This document shows positions 53,122-62,422 of a stretch of 64,000 nucleotides of DNA, one piece after another; position 1 is the stretch's first letter, and every line of letters starts with the position of its first letter. The stretch spans positions 62,129 to 126,128 of the forward strand of contig UQPF01000005.1 in assembly GCA_900542905.1 (NCBI GenBank), in the 5' to 3' direction. The notes beneath the pieces were generated by a model that was not told where the DNA came from, made no database searches, and saw nothing but the letters and a program-made list of their open reading frames with translations. The DNA is from an uncultured Collinsella sp. (GTDB lineage Bacteria > Actinomycetota > Coriobacteriia > Coriobacteriales > Coriobacteriaceae). A program made the position numbers and the translations under genes.

Positions 53122-54507
53122 TTAATTCCAAGACTGTTGATGCTCTTCGTAGGTTTGCGAGAAGTACTCCTCGTCCTGCGTAATGTAGAAATACAGGTCA
53201 TCGGAGTCGGTCGGCTCAAGCGTGGCCTTGAGTGCCTCGAGCGACGGAGAACAGATGGGCGTGGGCGGCAGGCCCTCGTGCTTATAGGTGTTATACGGAC
53301 TATCGCTCTGCAGGTCGTCGGCGGTAACCTCGCCACCGGTGACATACATCATGGTCGCATCGCTGTTGAGATAGCGCAGACCGTCGAGCTTGCCGGCAAG
53401 GCGGTTGTAAAAGACCGAGGCCACGTGCGCACGTTGATCGGCGTTGAGGCCCTCGCGCTCAACGATAGAGGCCAAGTTGACGATATCGTAGTCGGACATC
53501 TCCACACCGTAGCGCTCCTTGATCTTGGCTTCGCAGCTCGCAAAGTCTAGCGACTTATACTCGGTCTTAAACTGATCGAGCATAGCGCGAATCACGTCAT
53601 CGGCCGTCGGCGAATCACCCAACGAATAGGTCTTGGGGAACAAGAAACCCTCGAGCGAGTCGTTGGCGGCGCCCTTAAGGAAGCTATAGTCGTCCACGTA
53701 GTTGGAGGCCTTGGCCTGGTTGAGGAAGTCTTCCTTAGAGATGCTGTCGTAGGCCTGGGCCACACGGTCGGCGACTTGATCGACCGTTAGGCCCTCAGGG
53801 ATAGTCAGCGCATTGGAGCCCGCGTTGGGACCTTCCATGAGCTGCTGAACAACCTTGGTCGCATCCATGAGTGTGGTGAACGAATAGGTACCAGGCTTGA
53901 GCGACATATCGGCGTTGAGCTTTTTCACCGCCGCATAATAATCTTTGGGATTTTCGACGATATGGTTCTCGGAGAGAATCGAAGCGATCGTATCGCCCGA
54001 AGCACCATCGGGAATGGTCACCGTAACCTGCTGACCAGCCGTGACCTTCGTATCCTCACCGGCAAAGAAGCCCTTGACGGCCGGCACGACAAAGAAAGCG
54101 ATCGCAGCAAGCGCAAGCACGGCGACGACGCCACCGATAATCATAGGCACCGGGGAGCTTTTCTTTTGTGTACCACGGCGGACGTGCGTGTTATAGCTCG
54201 AGCGCGTAGCCGGAGCAACGCCGTGGGAACCGAGAGCGTGATGCGAATGCGACTGGGGGGCCTGCACTCGCTGGGTAGATGCCTGCTGCTTAAAGCGGGT
54301 ACCGCCTGCAGGCTGGGCCGAACGAGCAGAAGGCTGCTGAGCCGTCCGCTGAGCAGGCTGGGCCGAACGAGAGGAGGACTGCACCGGACGAGCGGCAGGC
54401 TGAGCTGCGCGCTGCGTCGGCTGCGCAGGGCGCTGACCAGGCTGAGTAGGGCGCGACGAGGGCTGACCCTGACGACTCTGCCGGCGCGGATCGGAAGCGC
54501 TAGGCAT
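53122..54507 (-). CDS. mltG: Endolytic murein transglycosylase MltG (YceG-like) with a long Pro/Gln/Ala-rich N-terminal tail
   Basis: One TM segment and YceG-domain motifs (LASIVEREG, YNTYKHEGLPPTPICSPS). Confidence 0.9.
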   Translation of the reverse strand: MPSASDPRRQSRQGQPSSRPTQPGQRPAQPTQRAAQPAARPVQSSSRSAQPAQRTAQQPSARSAQPAGGTRFKQQASTQRVQAPQSHSHHALGSHGVAPATRSSYNTHVRRGTQKKSSPVPMIIGGVVAVLALAAIAFFVVPAVKGFFAGEDTKVTAGQQVTVTIPDGASGDTIASILSENHIVENPKDYYAAVKKLNADMSLKPGTYSFTTLMDATKVVQQLMEGPNAGSNALTIPEGLTVDQVADRVAQAYDSISKEDFLNQAKASNYVDDYSFLKGAANDSLEGFLFPKTYSLGDSPTADDVIRAMLDQFKTEYKSLDFASCEAKIKERYGVEMSDYDIVNLASIVEREGLNADQRAHVASVFYNRLAGKLDGLRYLNSDATMMYVTGGEVTADDLQSDSPYNTYKHEGLPPTPICSPSLEALKATLEPTDSDDLYFYITQDEEYFSQTYEEHQQSWN

Positions 54508-54928
54508 GCGAAACCTCCTCGTTTTTACGATCGAGCCATGTCTGCAAGAACAGGCTGGCGGCGATCATGTCAATCTTGCCCCTCATCTGCTTTTCGTTGA
54601 GTCCCTGCTCTCGCAGGATTCGCTTGGCCTCCTGCGAGGACAGACGCTCGTCCTCAAACTCCAGAGGAAGTTCGAGCTCGTCGGCAATCTTTTGGGCCAC
54701 GGCGGCGACGCGCTCGGCCTGGGGGCCGGGCTCACCGGCCATGGTCAAGGGACGTCCGCTTACCAGGATATCGGGCTCATAGTCCTCCACCAGGTAGCGA
54801 AACGTCTTTGCCATGCCAGTGACCTCGGCAGCCGGAAGCACCTTGACAGGCATCGCCATCTTGCCATCACGGCTCGAGACGGCGATGCCAATCCTGGTCT
54901 CCCCTATGTCCAGCGCAAGCGCGACCAC
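54500..54928 (-). CDS. ruvX: Putative pre-16S rRNA nuclease / Holliday-junction-resolvase-like protein YqgF
   Basis: (V)VALALDIGETRIGIAVS... with a GTG start. 8-nt overlap with mltG. Confidence 0.88.
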   Translation of the reverse strand: MVALALDIGETRIGIAVSSRDGKMAMPVKVLPAAEVTGMAKTFRYLVEDYEPDILVSGRPLTMAGEPGPQAERVAAVAQKIADELELPLEFEDERLSSQEAKRILREQGLNEKQMRGKIDMIAASLFLQTWLDRKNEEVSHA

Positions 54929-54945
54929 AGCGACTACTTAGGTTC

Positions 54946-57603
54946 TTAGGCGCCGAGCGCGGTCTTGGCGGCCGCAAGGGCATCGGCGATACCGGCAGCG
55001 TTCTTGCCACCGGCCTGGGCCATGTTGGGACGGCCGCCACCGCGACCATCGACCAGGCACGCGATCTGCTTGATCACGTTGCCGGCGTGGAAACCGGCCT
55101 TCACGGCGTCATCGGAGCCGGCGGCGAGCAGGGCCGGGGTGCCCTTCTCGGTCACGCTGGCAACAACGCAGGCGACAGGGCCGGCGACCTTCTGGTGCAC
55201 GGTATCCCAAACGTTGCGCAGGTCAGCGGCCTCGAGACCCTGAAGCTCAGCAACAACGAGCTTGTAGCCATTCAGCTCGACAGCACCCTCGATGGCGTTG
55301 GAGATCGCATCGGAGGAGCCACCAGTGAGCGCCTTCTTGAGCTTGTTGGACGTCTCGCGCAGCTCGGCCTGCAGGTTCTCCACGCGGGCGGGAACCTCGT
55401 CGACGCGGCACTTGAGCGCAGCGGCGGCGGCGTCAACGAGCGCCAGGCGGTCGGCCATGTAGTCGAGGGCACCCTTAGAGGTCACGGCCTCGATACGGCG
55501 GACATTGGAGCCCGTGGAGGACTCGGAAATGATCTTGAAGAGGCCAATCTCGGCGGTATTGGCGGCATGAGTGCCACCACAGAGCTCGCGGGAGAACGGC
55601 TGGTCCTCGGCGCCCACGGAGACGACGCGGACAACATCGCCGTACTTCTCTCCAAACAGAGCGACAGCGCCGGCAGCCTTAGCCTCGTCGATGCCCATGA
55701 CACGGGTCACAACCGGCTTGGAAGCGAAGATCTGCTGGTTGACCAGGTCCTCGACAGCCTTGAGCTGCTCGGAGGACAGGGCCTCGAAGTGCGTGAAGTC
55801 AAAGCGCAGGTGCTCGGGCGTCACCAGCGAACCGGCCTGGGAGACATGCTCGCCCAGGACCTGCTTAAGGGCGGCGTCGAGCAGGTGCGTGGCGGTGTGG
55901 TTGCGGCGCAGGAAGCCACGGCGCTCGGCGTCGAGCGCGGCGGTAACAGCGGCACCGACAGTCAGCGTGCCCTCGGCAACGTGCGCGACGTGGGCATACA
56001 GGCCGTTGTGGTTCTTGGTGTCGGCAACGGTCAGAACAACGCCCTCGGCGGAAAGCTTGCCGGCATCGCCCTGCTGGCCACCCATCTCGGCATAGAACGG
56101 GGTGCGGTCGAGCACAACCTCGACATCCTCGCCGGCGGCAGCAGACTCGACGGACTCGCCGTTGCGCACGATGGCGACAACCTTGGCGCCCTCGATCACA
56201 TCGTTGTCATAGCCGTCGAACTCGGTCGCTGCGACCTTGTCCGAAAGCTCGACCCACACGTCGTTGAAGCTGCCCCAGGCGTCGCCCTTGGCATTGGCGC
56301 GGGCGCGGGCCTTCTGGTCCTCCATGCAGGCAGTGAAGCCGTCCATATCGACGTCGTGGCCAGCGGTGCCGGCGATCTCGACGGTCAGATCGATGGGGAA
56401 ACCAAAGGTGTCGTGCAGTTTAAAGGCGACATCGCCCGGAAGCACGGCGCCCTCGGCAAGCGCTGCCAGGGCCTCGTCCAGATAGACGCGGCCGTTGTCG
56501 AGCGTCGTGGAGAAGCGCTCCTCCTCGGAGGCGACGATACCCTTGACGAGCGCGACATTCTTGAGCAGCTCGGGATAAGCCTCGCCCATCTGAGCGTTAA
56601 CCTCGTCGATGAACTTGGTCAGGAAGGCGCCCTCGATGCCCAGCAGGCGACCGTGGAACACGGCACGACGGAGCAGGCGGCGAAGGACGTACTCGCGACC
56701 CTCGTTACCGGGAAGGATGCCGTCCGAGATCATAAAGTCGACGGCACGGGAGTGGTCGGCGATGATACGCAGGGAGCGGCTGGCGCCAGAGTAATCGTCG
56801 GCGTCATAGGTCTTGCCGCTAATCTTCTCGCCCAGCTTGATGAGGTGCTGCATCAGATCGCCGTCGTAGTTGGCGGTCTTGTGCTGCATGATGGCGGCCA
56901 TGCGCTCCAGGCCCATGCCCGTATCGAGGTTGCGGTGCGGCAGCTCCGGCAAGGAGCCGTCCTCCTGGCAGTCGTACTGGGTAAAGACGAGGTTCCAGAA
57001 CTCCAGGAAGCGGTCGCAGTCGCAGCCAGGCTTGCAGTCGGGGCTGCCGCAGCCGACCTCCTCGCCCATGTCAAAGTAGATCTCTGAGCACGGACCGCAG
57101 GGACCGGTGGGGCCAGCGGCCCAGAAGTTATCGTCCTCGCCCAGGCGGGAGATGTGGTCCTCAGCAACGCCCAGAGAACGCCACACGTCGTGGGTCTCGT
57201 CGTCCTCGGTAAAGACGGTGAAGTACAGGCGGTCGAGCGGCAGCTTGAACTCCTTGGTGATGAGCTCAAAGGCCCAGGCGCAAGCCTGCTCCTTGGAGAC
57301 GCCGCCAAAAGAGAAGTCGCCGAGCATCTCGAAGAAGGACAGGTGACGGCCGTCCTCGCCGATGCAATCGATGTCGTTGGTGCGGACGCACTTCTGGCAA
57401 GAGATCGCGCCGATCTCCTTCATGGTCTTCTTGCCCTGGTAGTACTCCTTAAACTGGTTCATGCCGGCGTTGGCAAGCAGCAGCGAAGGATCGTCGGGAA
57501 CAAGAGACGAAGAAGGATAGAGCTTAAGACCGCGCTCCTCAAAGAAGTTGAGGAACTTGGAGCGAATCTCGGCCGTAGTCATTGACGGGTAGTCAGCACT
57601 CAT
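54946..57603 (-). CDS. alaS: Alanine--tRNA ligase
   Basis: 885 aa. N-terminus ...MTTAEIRSKFLNFFEERG, class-II core, editing-domain HxxxH (RNHTATHLL) and a C-terminal DHHA1 domain. ATG at 57603 with GAGGAG upstream. Confidence 0.95.
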   Translation of the reverse strand: MSADYPSMTTAEIRSKFLNFFEERGLKLYPSSSLVPDDPSLLLANAGMNQFKEYYQGKKTMKEIGAISCQKCVRTNDIDCIGEDGRHLSFFEMLGDFSFGGVSKEQACAWAFELITKEFKLPLDRLYFTVFTEDDETHDVWRSLGVAEDHISRLGEDDNFWAAGPTGPCGPCSEIYFDMGEEVGCGSPDCKPGCDCDRFLEFWNLVFTQYDCQEDGSLPELPHRNLDTGMGLERMAAIMQHKTANYDGDLMQHLIKLGEKISGKTYDADDYSGASRSLRIIADHSRAVDFMISDGILPGNEGREYVLRRLLRRAVFHGRLLGIEGAFLTKFIDEVNAQMGEAYPELLKNVALVKGIVASEEERFSTTLDNGRVYLDEALAALAEGAVLPGDVAFKLHDTFGFPIDLTVEIAGTAGHDVDMDGFTACMEDQKARARANAKGDAWGSFNDVWVELSDKVAATEFDGYDNDVIEGAKVVAIVRNGESVESAAAGEDVEVVLDRTPFYAEMGGQQGDAGKLSAEGVVLTVADTKNHNGLYAHVAHVAEGTLTVGAAVTAALDAERRGFLRRNHTATHLLDAALKQVLGEHVSQAGSLVTPEHLRFDFTHFEALSSEQLKAVEDLVNQQIFASKPVVTRVMGIDEAKAAGAVALFGEKYGDVVRVVSVGAEDQPFSRELCGGTHAANTAEIGLFKIISESSTGSNVRRIEAVTSKGALDYMADRLALVDAAAAALKCRVDEVPARVENLQAELRETSNKLKKALTGGSSDAISNAIEGAVELNGYKLVVAELQGLEAADLRNVWDTVHQKVAGPVACVVASVTEKGTPALLAAGSDDAVKAGFHAGNVIKQIACLVDGRGGGRPNMAQAGGKNAAGIADALAAAKTALGA

Positions 57604-57649
57604 AGAGGGAATCTCCTCGGTTTCACATCGAAACAGTTCAAACGTAACG

Positions 57650-57677
57650 ATATTACCATCCCGCCGCGCCTGTGCAA
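57650..57677 (-). promoter_or_regulatory. Candidate alaS promoter TTGCAC-16 nt-TAATAT (minus strand)
   Basis: -35 = reverse complement of 57672-57677; -10 = reverse complement of 57650-57655. Confidence 0.45.
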
Positions 57678-57710
57678 AAAAGAGGGCCGGCACAATGCCG
57701 GCCCTTCAGC
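57676..57710 (-). terminator. Intrinsic terminator after the AI-2E permease gene
   Basis: On the minus strand: GAAGGGCCGGC-ATTGT-GCCGGCCCTC followed by TTTTTTG. Confidence 0.8.
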
Positions 57711-57755
57711 GAAATTGCATGTTAGCGCGTATGAATATTAATCCGAATTACCCCG

Positions 57756-59165
57756 CTAGTTGTCGTCATCGTCCATGGAGCCGTCGATGCCGGTTTTGGT
57801 GTCGTCGTTCATATTGAAATCGTCGTCTTTGGCGAAGGGATTCTTGAAAAAGCCCGTAGCATCGGGCTGAAGGCCCGAGAGCTTCATCCAGGGATTATCG
57901 AGCTCGGGTTTGGGCATGGCCTGGGCCTCGGGCGCAGTCTCGTTACCGATGAGCTCGGACTCATAGATGAAGGTGTCGTCGCCGAGCGCGTCGTAGGCGG
58001 CGACCGGGTTGCCATCGGCATCGCGGTACGGCGTGCCCTTAAACACGGCTCCGTCATAGGCCACAAGCTGACGGCCGGTCTCATTCTCGAAGTAGTACAC
58101 GAAGATGCCCTTGAGGGCCGCACAAAGCGGGATGGCAATAATCATGCCGATGGGCCCCATGAGTGCCGAACCAATAACGAGAGCCGTAAGGCTCATAATG
58201 GGATGCACCTGCACTGAGCTCTGCATGACCTTAGGCGAAATCACATTGTCGGTGACGTTTTGCGCGACCATCGTCACGATGAGCGTCCATAACGCCAACA
58301 TGGGGCTGAACATGAAACCGAGTACCGTGGCGATTGCTGCGCTCACCCAGGGACCGACGACCGGAACCAAATGCATGATGCCGGTAAAGATAGCCATGAG
58401 CGCCGCATACGGATGACCGATGATCATAAAACCGATAAAGGCGAGGAAACCACCGCAGATGGACGTCACGACCATACCGCGCATGTAGCCGCCGACAGAG
58501 CGAGAAAGGATGGCGACCATAAAGCGGTACGAGGTCTCCTTCTCCTGACCGATGATGGTGCAAATCTCGTGATGCATGCGAGGGTAGTCGCAGGCCATCC
58601 AGTAGGCAAGCACCAGACCAAGGAAGATCACGAACAACTGCGAGGCCGTATTGGTGATGAGCGGGAACACACCGCGACCAAGCTCGGCAGCAATCTGAGA
58701 CACATACTTCGATGCCACGGTAACCAGGGACGAAAGATTATCGTCCAAATACTCCTTGAGCGGCGTGTTGTTGAGCGTCTTGGCATGCGAGATCATCTCA
58801 TTGAGATCGCCACCCGCAACACGAAGCTGCTCGGGCAGGCGGCTCAGGACTTCCATGATCTGACCAAAGAGAATCGGCGACAAGATGCAAACGACACCGA
58901 CGAGCACGGCAACAACAACAATAAGCGCGACAAGCGAACCGATGCCGCGATTCACGCCATGGTGCTCGAGCCAGTTGGTGATCGGGGACATCACAAAAGC
59001 AATGATGGAACCGACGGCAAGAAACTCAATAACCGGTGCCAGGATGCCCATAAGGTTAAAGATGACAGCGGCGATGACAATGCAGCCGACAACAGCCCAA
59101 ATGCGCAGCGTCAGAATGCGGGTGTCGCGCAGCACGCGATCGGTTTGTTGGGGGTGCTCACTCAT
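57756..59165 (-). CDS. AI-2E family transporter (PerM/UPF0118) with an acidic C-terminal tail
   Basis: 469 aa, multi-TM, typical of the family. ATGA overlap with the sigma-factor stop. Confidence 0.8.
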   Translation of the reverse strand: MSEHPQQTDRVLRDTRILTLRIWAVVGCIVIAAVIFNLMGILAPVIEFLAVGSIIAFVMSPITNWLEHHGVNRGIGSLVALIVVVAVLVGVVCILSPILFGQIMEVLSRLPEQLRVAGGDLNEMISHAKTLNNTPLKEYLDDNLSSLVTVASKYVSQIAAELGRGVFPLITNTASQLFVIFLGLVLAYWMACDYPRMHHEICTIIGQEKETSYRFMVAILSRSVGGYMRGMVVTSICGGFLAFIGFMIIGHPYAALMAIFTGIMHLVPVVGPWVSAAIATVLGFMFSPMLALWTLIVTMVAQNVTDNVISPKVMQSSVQVHPIMSLTALVIGSALMGPIGMIIAIPLCAALKGIFVYYFENETGRQLVAYDGAVFKGTPYRDADGNPVAAYDALGDDTFIYESELIGNETAPEAQAMPKPELDNPWMKLSGLQPDATGFFKNPFAKDDDFNMNDDTKTGIDGSMDDDDN

Positions 59166-59953
59166 GAACGAATCATCACTCCGTCGGGGTCGATCTTGTC
59201 CTGAATCTTCTTAAGCGTGCGGCGCAGCAGACGCGAAACCTGCACCTGCGAGATGCCCAGCTTCTTGGCAATCTCGATCTGGGTCATGCCCTTCACAAAG
59301 CGCAGCTCGATCACCTCGCGCTCGCGCGGCGAGAAATCGCGGATGGCTTCCTCGATCACCAGGCGGTCATCGGTAAAGTCGAGCTCGTTGTCATCGTCGG
59401 CGTAACGGTCGAGAATCGAGGGCGCATCGTCGGAATCGGACGCACCAGGAGCCTCGATGGGCACCGAGGTATAGGCCGAAGACGATTCCATAGCCTCGAG
59501 GACCTCATCGACAGTCACATCTAGATACTCAGCGATCTCCTCAACCTTGGGCGAACGCTGCAGCTCGTTGGTAAGTTTGTCAGTAGCCTGGTTGACCTTG
59601 GCCGAGAGCTCCTGCAGACGACGCGGTACGCGCACGCTCCAGCCCTTGTCGCGGAAATGGCGTTTGATCTCGCCCAGGATAGTGGGTGTCGCAAACGTCG
59701 TGAACTCGAGTCCGCGCTCGGGGTCAAAGCGGTCGATAGCCTTGAGCAAACCCAGATAGCCGACCTGCATGAGGTCGTCGAGCGGCTCGCCGCGATTCTT
59801 AAATTTGTTGGCAAGAAACCTTACCAGGTTCATATGGGACATGACGAGCTGTTCGCGGGCGTCCGGATCACCGGTCTCCTTGTAGCGACGAAACAGCTCG
59901 CGGGTTTTCTCCTTGTCCCAAGCGGTCTTGCCGCTCCGGGAACGTTCGGTCAT
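59162..59953 (-). CDS. Group-3 sigma-70 family factor (SigB/SigF-like)
   Basis: Region 2 is DLMQVGYLGLLKAIDRFDPERGLEFTTFATPTILGEIKRHFRD. Region 4 is GMTQIEIAKKLGISQVQVSRL. Confidence 0.9.
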   Translation of the reverse strand: MTERSRSGKTAWDKEKTRELFRRYKETGDPDAREQLVMSHMNLVRFLANKFKNRGEPLDDLMQVGYLGLLKAIDRFDPERGLEFTTFATPTILGEIKRHFRDKGWSVRVPRRLQELSAKVNQATDKLTNELQRSPKVEEIAEYLDVTVDEVLEAMESSSAYTSVPIEAPGASDSDDAPSILDRYADDDNELDFTDDRLVIEEAIRDFSPREREVIELRFVKGMTQIEIAKKLGISQVQVSRLLRRTLKKIQDKIDPDGVMIRS

Positions 59954-59954
59954 A

Positions 59955-60332
59955 TTAAATATCCGCCTTGAGGTCGAGGGAAAGCGTCAGGGGCGCCGCA
60001 GTCTTTTCGTAGGAGTCGCACACGCTCGCCAAAATAAGCTCGGCATAAACAGCAGCCTGGTCATCCTCGTCGACGGTGGCCTGATCGCCAAAGGTAAAGG
60101 TCATGCCAACGTGAGATTCATCGACATCGAATTTGATTGAGATGTCGTCGGAATCAACAGCCGTGCAGCCAAAGATAAAGGCTTCCTCGGCAGCCATGCG
60201 GATGTCCTCGATGCGATCGACAGACATAGAGCACAGGGCACCAACGTTGGCTGCCGTCATGCGCACAAGGCGAGCGAGACGCGGGTCACCGGCAACGGTC
60301 AGCGTGATAGGGCAGGTTGCTTCGCTACTCAT
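59955..60332 (-). CDS. Small RsbW/UsfX-like anti-sigma-factor candidate lacking recognisable ATP-binding boxes
   Basis: 125 aa. ITLTVAGDPRLARLVRMTAANVGA...DIRMAAEEAFIF resembles the N-terminal half of HATPase-type anti-sigma factors. No N-box Asn or DxGxG was seen. The gene sits immediately upstream of sigma. Confidence 0.45.
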   Translation of the reverse strand: MSSEATCPITLTVAGDPRLARLVRMTAANVGALCSMSVDRIEDIRMAAEEAFIFGCTAVDSDDISIKFDVDESHVGMTFTFGDQATVDEDDQAAVYAELILASVCDSYEKTAAPLTLSLDLKADI

Positions 60333-60912
60333 CGCAGGACTCCTCAGAGGTCTCGGCGGGCGTATAGGTGTAATACTGAGCCGGCTTGGATACAGACTTC
60401 TGACCATCATCGTCGCCCGCGGCGGCCTCGTCCTCGCCAATTAGGACGCGCTCGGTAGGCTGCTCGGCCTCCGCAGCGGCAGCGGCGAGCTTGCGATCGG
60501 CGTCGGCTGCAGGAGCCTTCACCTTATTGAAGAGCTTCTGCACAGCACCGGCGGCAGAGTCGGTCACGCTCGACACAGCATTGCTGGCCTCGGCCATGCT
60601 GCCCGTAACCTCGGAAATGTCGCGAACCACGGCTTCGACCTCTACGAGATTGGAGGTAAGGGCATCAACTGCCGTCTTGCTCGACTTAAGCAGCGGCTCC
60701 ATCTGGGCAAGCGCCGGCGTAAGCTCATCGACAGCGCCATCGAGCTTTGCCACCACAGGCTGAGCCTCGGCGATGGTATTGTTGAGGTCGTTCACGGTCT
60801 TATCGAGCGAGTCGACAACATTGCGTGTCTTGCGCAGGGTAAGCGCGAGCTCAGCGATGGCCCACACGCCGGCAACGGCGAGCAGCAGCAGGGCGATTTG
60901 AATGGGACTCAT
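60325..60912 (-). CDS. DUF948-type membrane-anchored coiled-coil (general-stress-like) protein
   Basis: N-terminal TM segment (IALLLLAVAGVWAIA), then a helical repeat region (LDKTVNDLNNTI...) and an acidic tail. Confidence 0.65.
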   Translation of the reverse strand: MSPIQIALLLLAVAGVWAIAELALTLRKTRNVVDSLDKTVNDLNNTIAEAQPVVAKLDGAVDELTPALAQMEPLLKSSKTAVDALTSNLVEVEAVVRDISEVTGSMAEASNAVSSVTDSAAGAVQKLFNKVKAPAADADRKLAAAAAEAEQPTERVLIGEDEAAAGDDDGQKSVSKPAQYYTYTPAETSEESCDE

Positions 60913-61012
60913 ACAAGCCTCCCGGAAAAATCGAAATACAGACGCTTTTCATGGTACCCCAAAGGGGACCGAACATGCCAAGAGCAGCAACGTGGGACAA
61001 AATTATCAGCAG

Positions 61013-62368
61013 CTACTTCGGTGCATTCCCGCTGCGGTCGCGCTCGCTTTGCTCTACGCGCCACTCTTCCCAGCCGCGCCCGGCAGGCTGCCAGAACGCA
61101 CCGCGCTCCAGCCCCTCGGGCAAATAGCGCTGATCGACCCAGCCTTCGGGATAATCGTGCGGGTATTTATACACACCGTAGTCGTCGCTGCCTGGGCGAT
61201 GGCGATCGCGCAGATAACTCGGCACCTCGCGAAGCCCACTAGAATGGATATCGGCCAGCGCCGCATCAATCGAAGCCTCACACGCGTTGGATTTAGGGGC
61301 CAAACACACATAGAGTGCAGCCTGAGCCAGGTTAATGCGGCACTCGGGATAGCCAATGACCTCGGCAGACTTAAACGCGGCATGCGCCACCAAAAGCGCC
61401 TGCGGGTCGGCGTTGCCAACATCCTCAGAAGCCTGAATCATAATACGGCGAGCGATAAACTTGGGATCCTCCCCCGCATCAATCATGCGCGCGAGCCAAT
61501 AGATCGTGGCATCGGGGTCGCTACCGCGCATGGACTTAATAAACGCACTGATGATGTCGTAGTGCATGTCGCCGTTTTTGTCATACGAAAATCCACGACG
61601 CGGATTGGCGATCTTCACGTCATCCACGGTGATGGGATAGCGCTCCCCCGCCGCGGGCGCTGGCGTTCCCTCGGTATCGGGACGCGTGACGGCAATCTCG
61701 CTCGCAAGTTCGAGCGTCGTGAGCGCCGAGCGAGCGTCACCCGCTGCCAGCGTGCAGATGGTCTTAACCGTATCCTCATCGGCCGAGAACTTGCCGTTCA
61801 AACCCTGCGGCGCCTCGAGCGCACGCTCGATAAGCGTGGCGATATCCTCGTCTTTAAGATGCTCAAGCTCCACCACGCGACCGCGCGAGAGCAATGCCGA
61901 GTTGACCTCGAAGTACGGATTCTCCGTCGTGGCGCCAATCATAATGACGGTACGGTTCTCAACCGCATGCAGCAAGGCATCCTGCTGAGACTTGGAGAAG
62001 CGGTGAATCTCGTCGATAAACAGGATGGTGCGGCGGTCGTACGTATTCAGGCGCGTCTTGGCCTCGTCAATCACGCGGCGAAGATCCTTTACGGTACCCG
62101 TCACGGCGCTGACCTCGACAAACTCGCTCTTGGTATGGTTGGCGATAATGTGGGCCAGCGTCGTCTTACCCGTACCTGCCGGCCCGTACAGAATCACGCT
62201 CGAAAGCACGTCGTGCTCGATCGCGGCACGCAACCATGAGCCCTTACCGACGGCCTTTTGCTGGCCCACGTACTCGTCGAGCGAATTGGGGCGCATGCGC
62301 ACCGCAAGCGGCGCATTCTGAAAGGAACGCTCGCGCGTCGAAGCAGAAAAAAGGTCGTCCATAGCCAT
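61013..62368 (-). CDS. rarA: Replication-associated recombination protein A (AAA+ ATPase)
   Basis: PLAVRMRPNSLDEYVGQQ, Walker A GPAGTGKTT, IDEIHRF and the C-terminal MgsA_C region. The start is ambiguous (ATG 62368 or 62362; the track TTG is at 62380). Confidence 0.92.
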   Translation of the reverse strand: MAMDDLFSASTRERSFQNAPLAVRMRPNSLDEYVGQQKAVGKGSWLRAAIEHDVLSSVILYGPAGTGKTTLAHIIANHTKSEFVEVSAVTGTVKDLRRVIDEAKTRLNTYDRRTILFIDEIHRFSKSQQDALLHAVENRTVIMIGATTENPYFEVNSALLSRGRVVELEHLKDEDIATLIERALEAPQGLNGKFSADEDTVKTICTLAAGDARSALTTLELASEIAVTRPDTEGTPAPAAGERYPITVDDVKIANPRRGFSYDKNGDMHYDIISAFIKSMRGSDPDATIYWLARMIDAGEDPKFIARRIMIQASEDVGNADPQALLVAHAAFKSAEVIGYPECRINLAQAALYVCLAPKSNACEASIDAALADIHSSGLREVPSYLRDRHRPGSDDYGVYKYPHDYPEGWVDQRYLPEGLERGAFWQPAGRGWEEWRVEQSERDRSGNAPK

Positions 62369-62422
62369 CCCGTGTATCAATCAAAAACGTTTTCCACTAA
62401 CAGTATACCGAATTAATACGAA

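Noticed and set aside
53122-54507. Imperfect tandem DNA repeats (CAGGCTGGGCCGAACGAG occurs twice, ~54310 and ~54353) as a non-coding repeat array.
   Set aside because: They lie inside the mltG reading frame. They simply encode its low-complexity (S/A)RSAQPA-type N-terminal tail.
57604-57755. T-box leader upstream of alaS (and of gltX at 1283-1360).
   Set aside because: The alaS leader after the candidate promoter is only ~45 nt. No T-box sequence (AANNNGGGTGGNACCGCG-like) or specifier-loop architecture was seen in either region.
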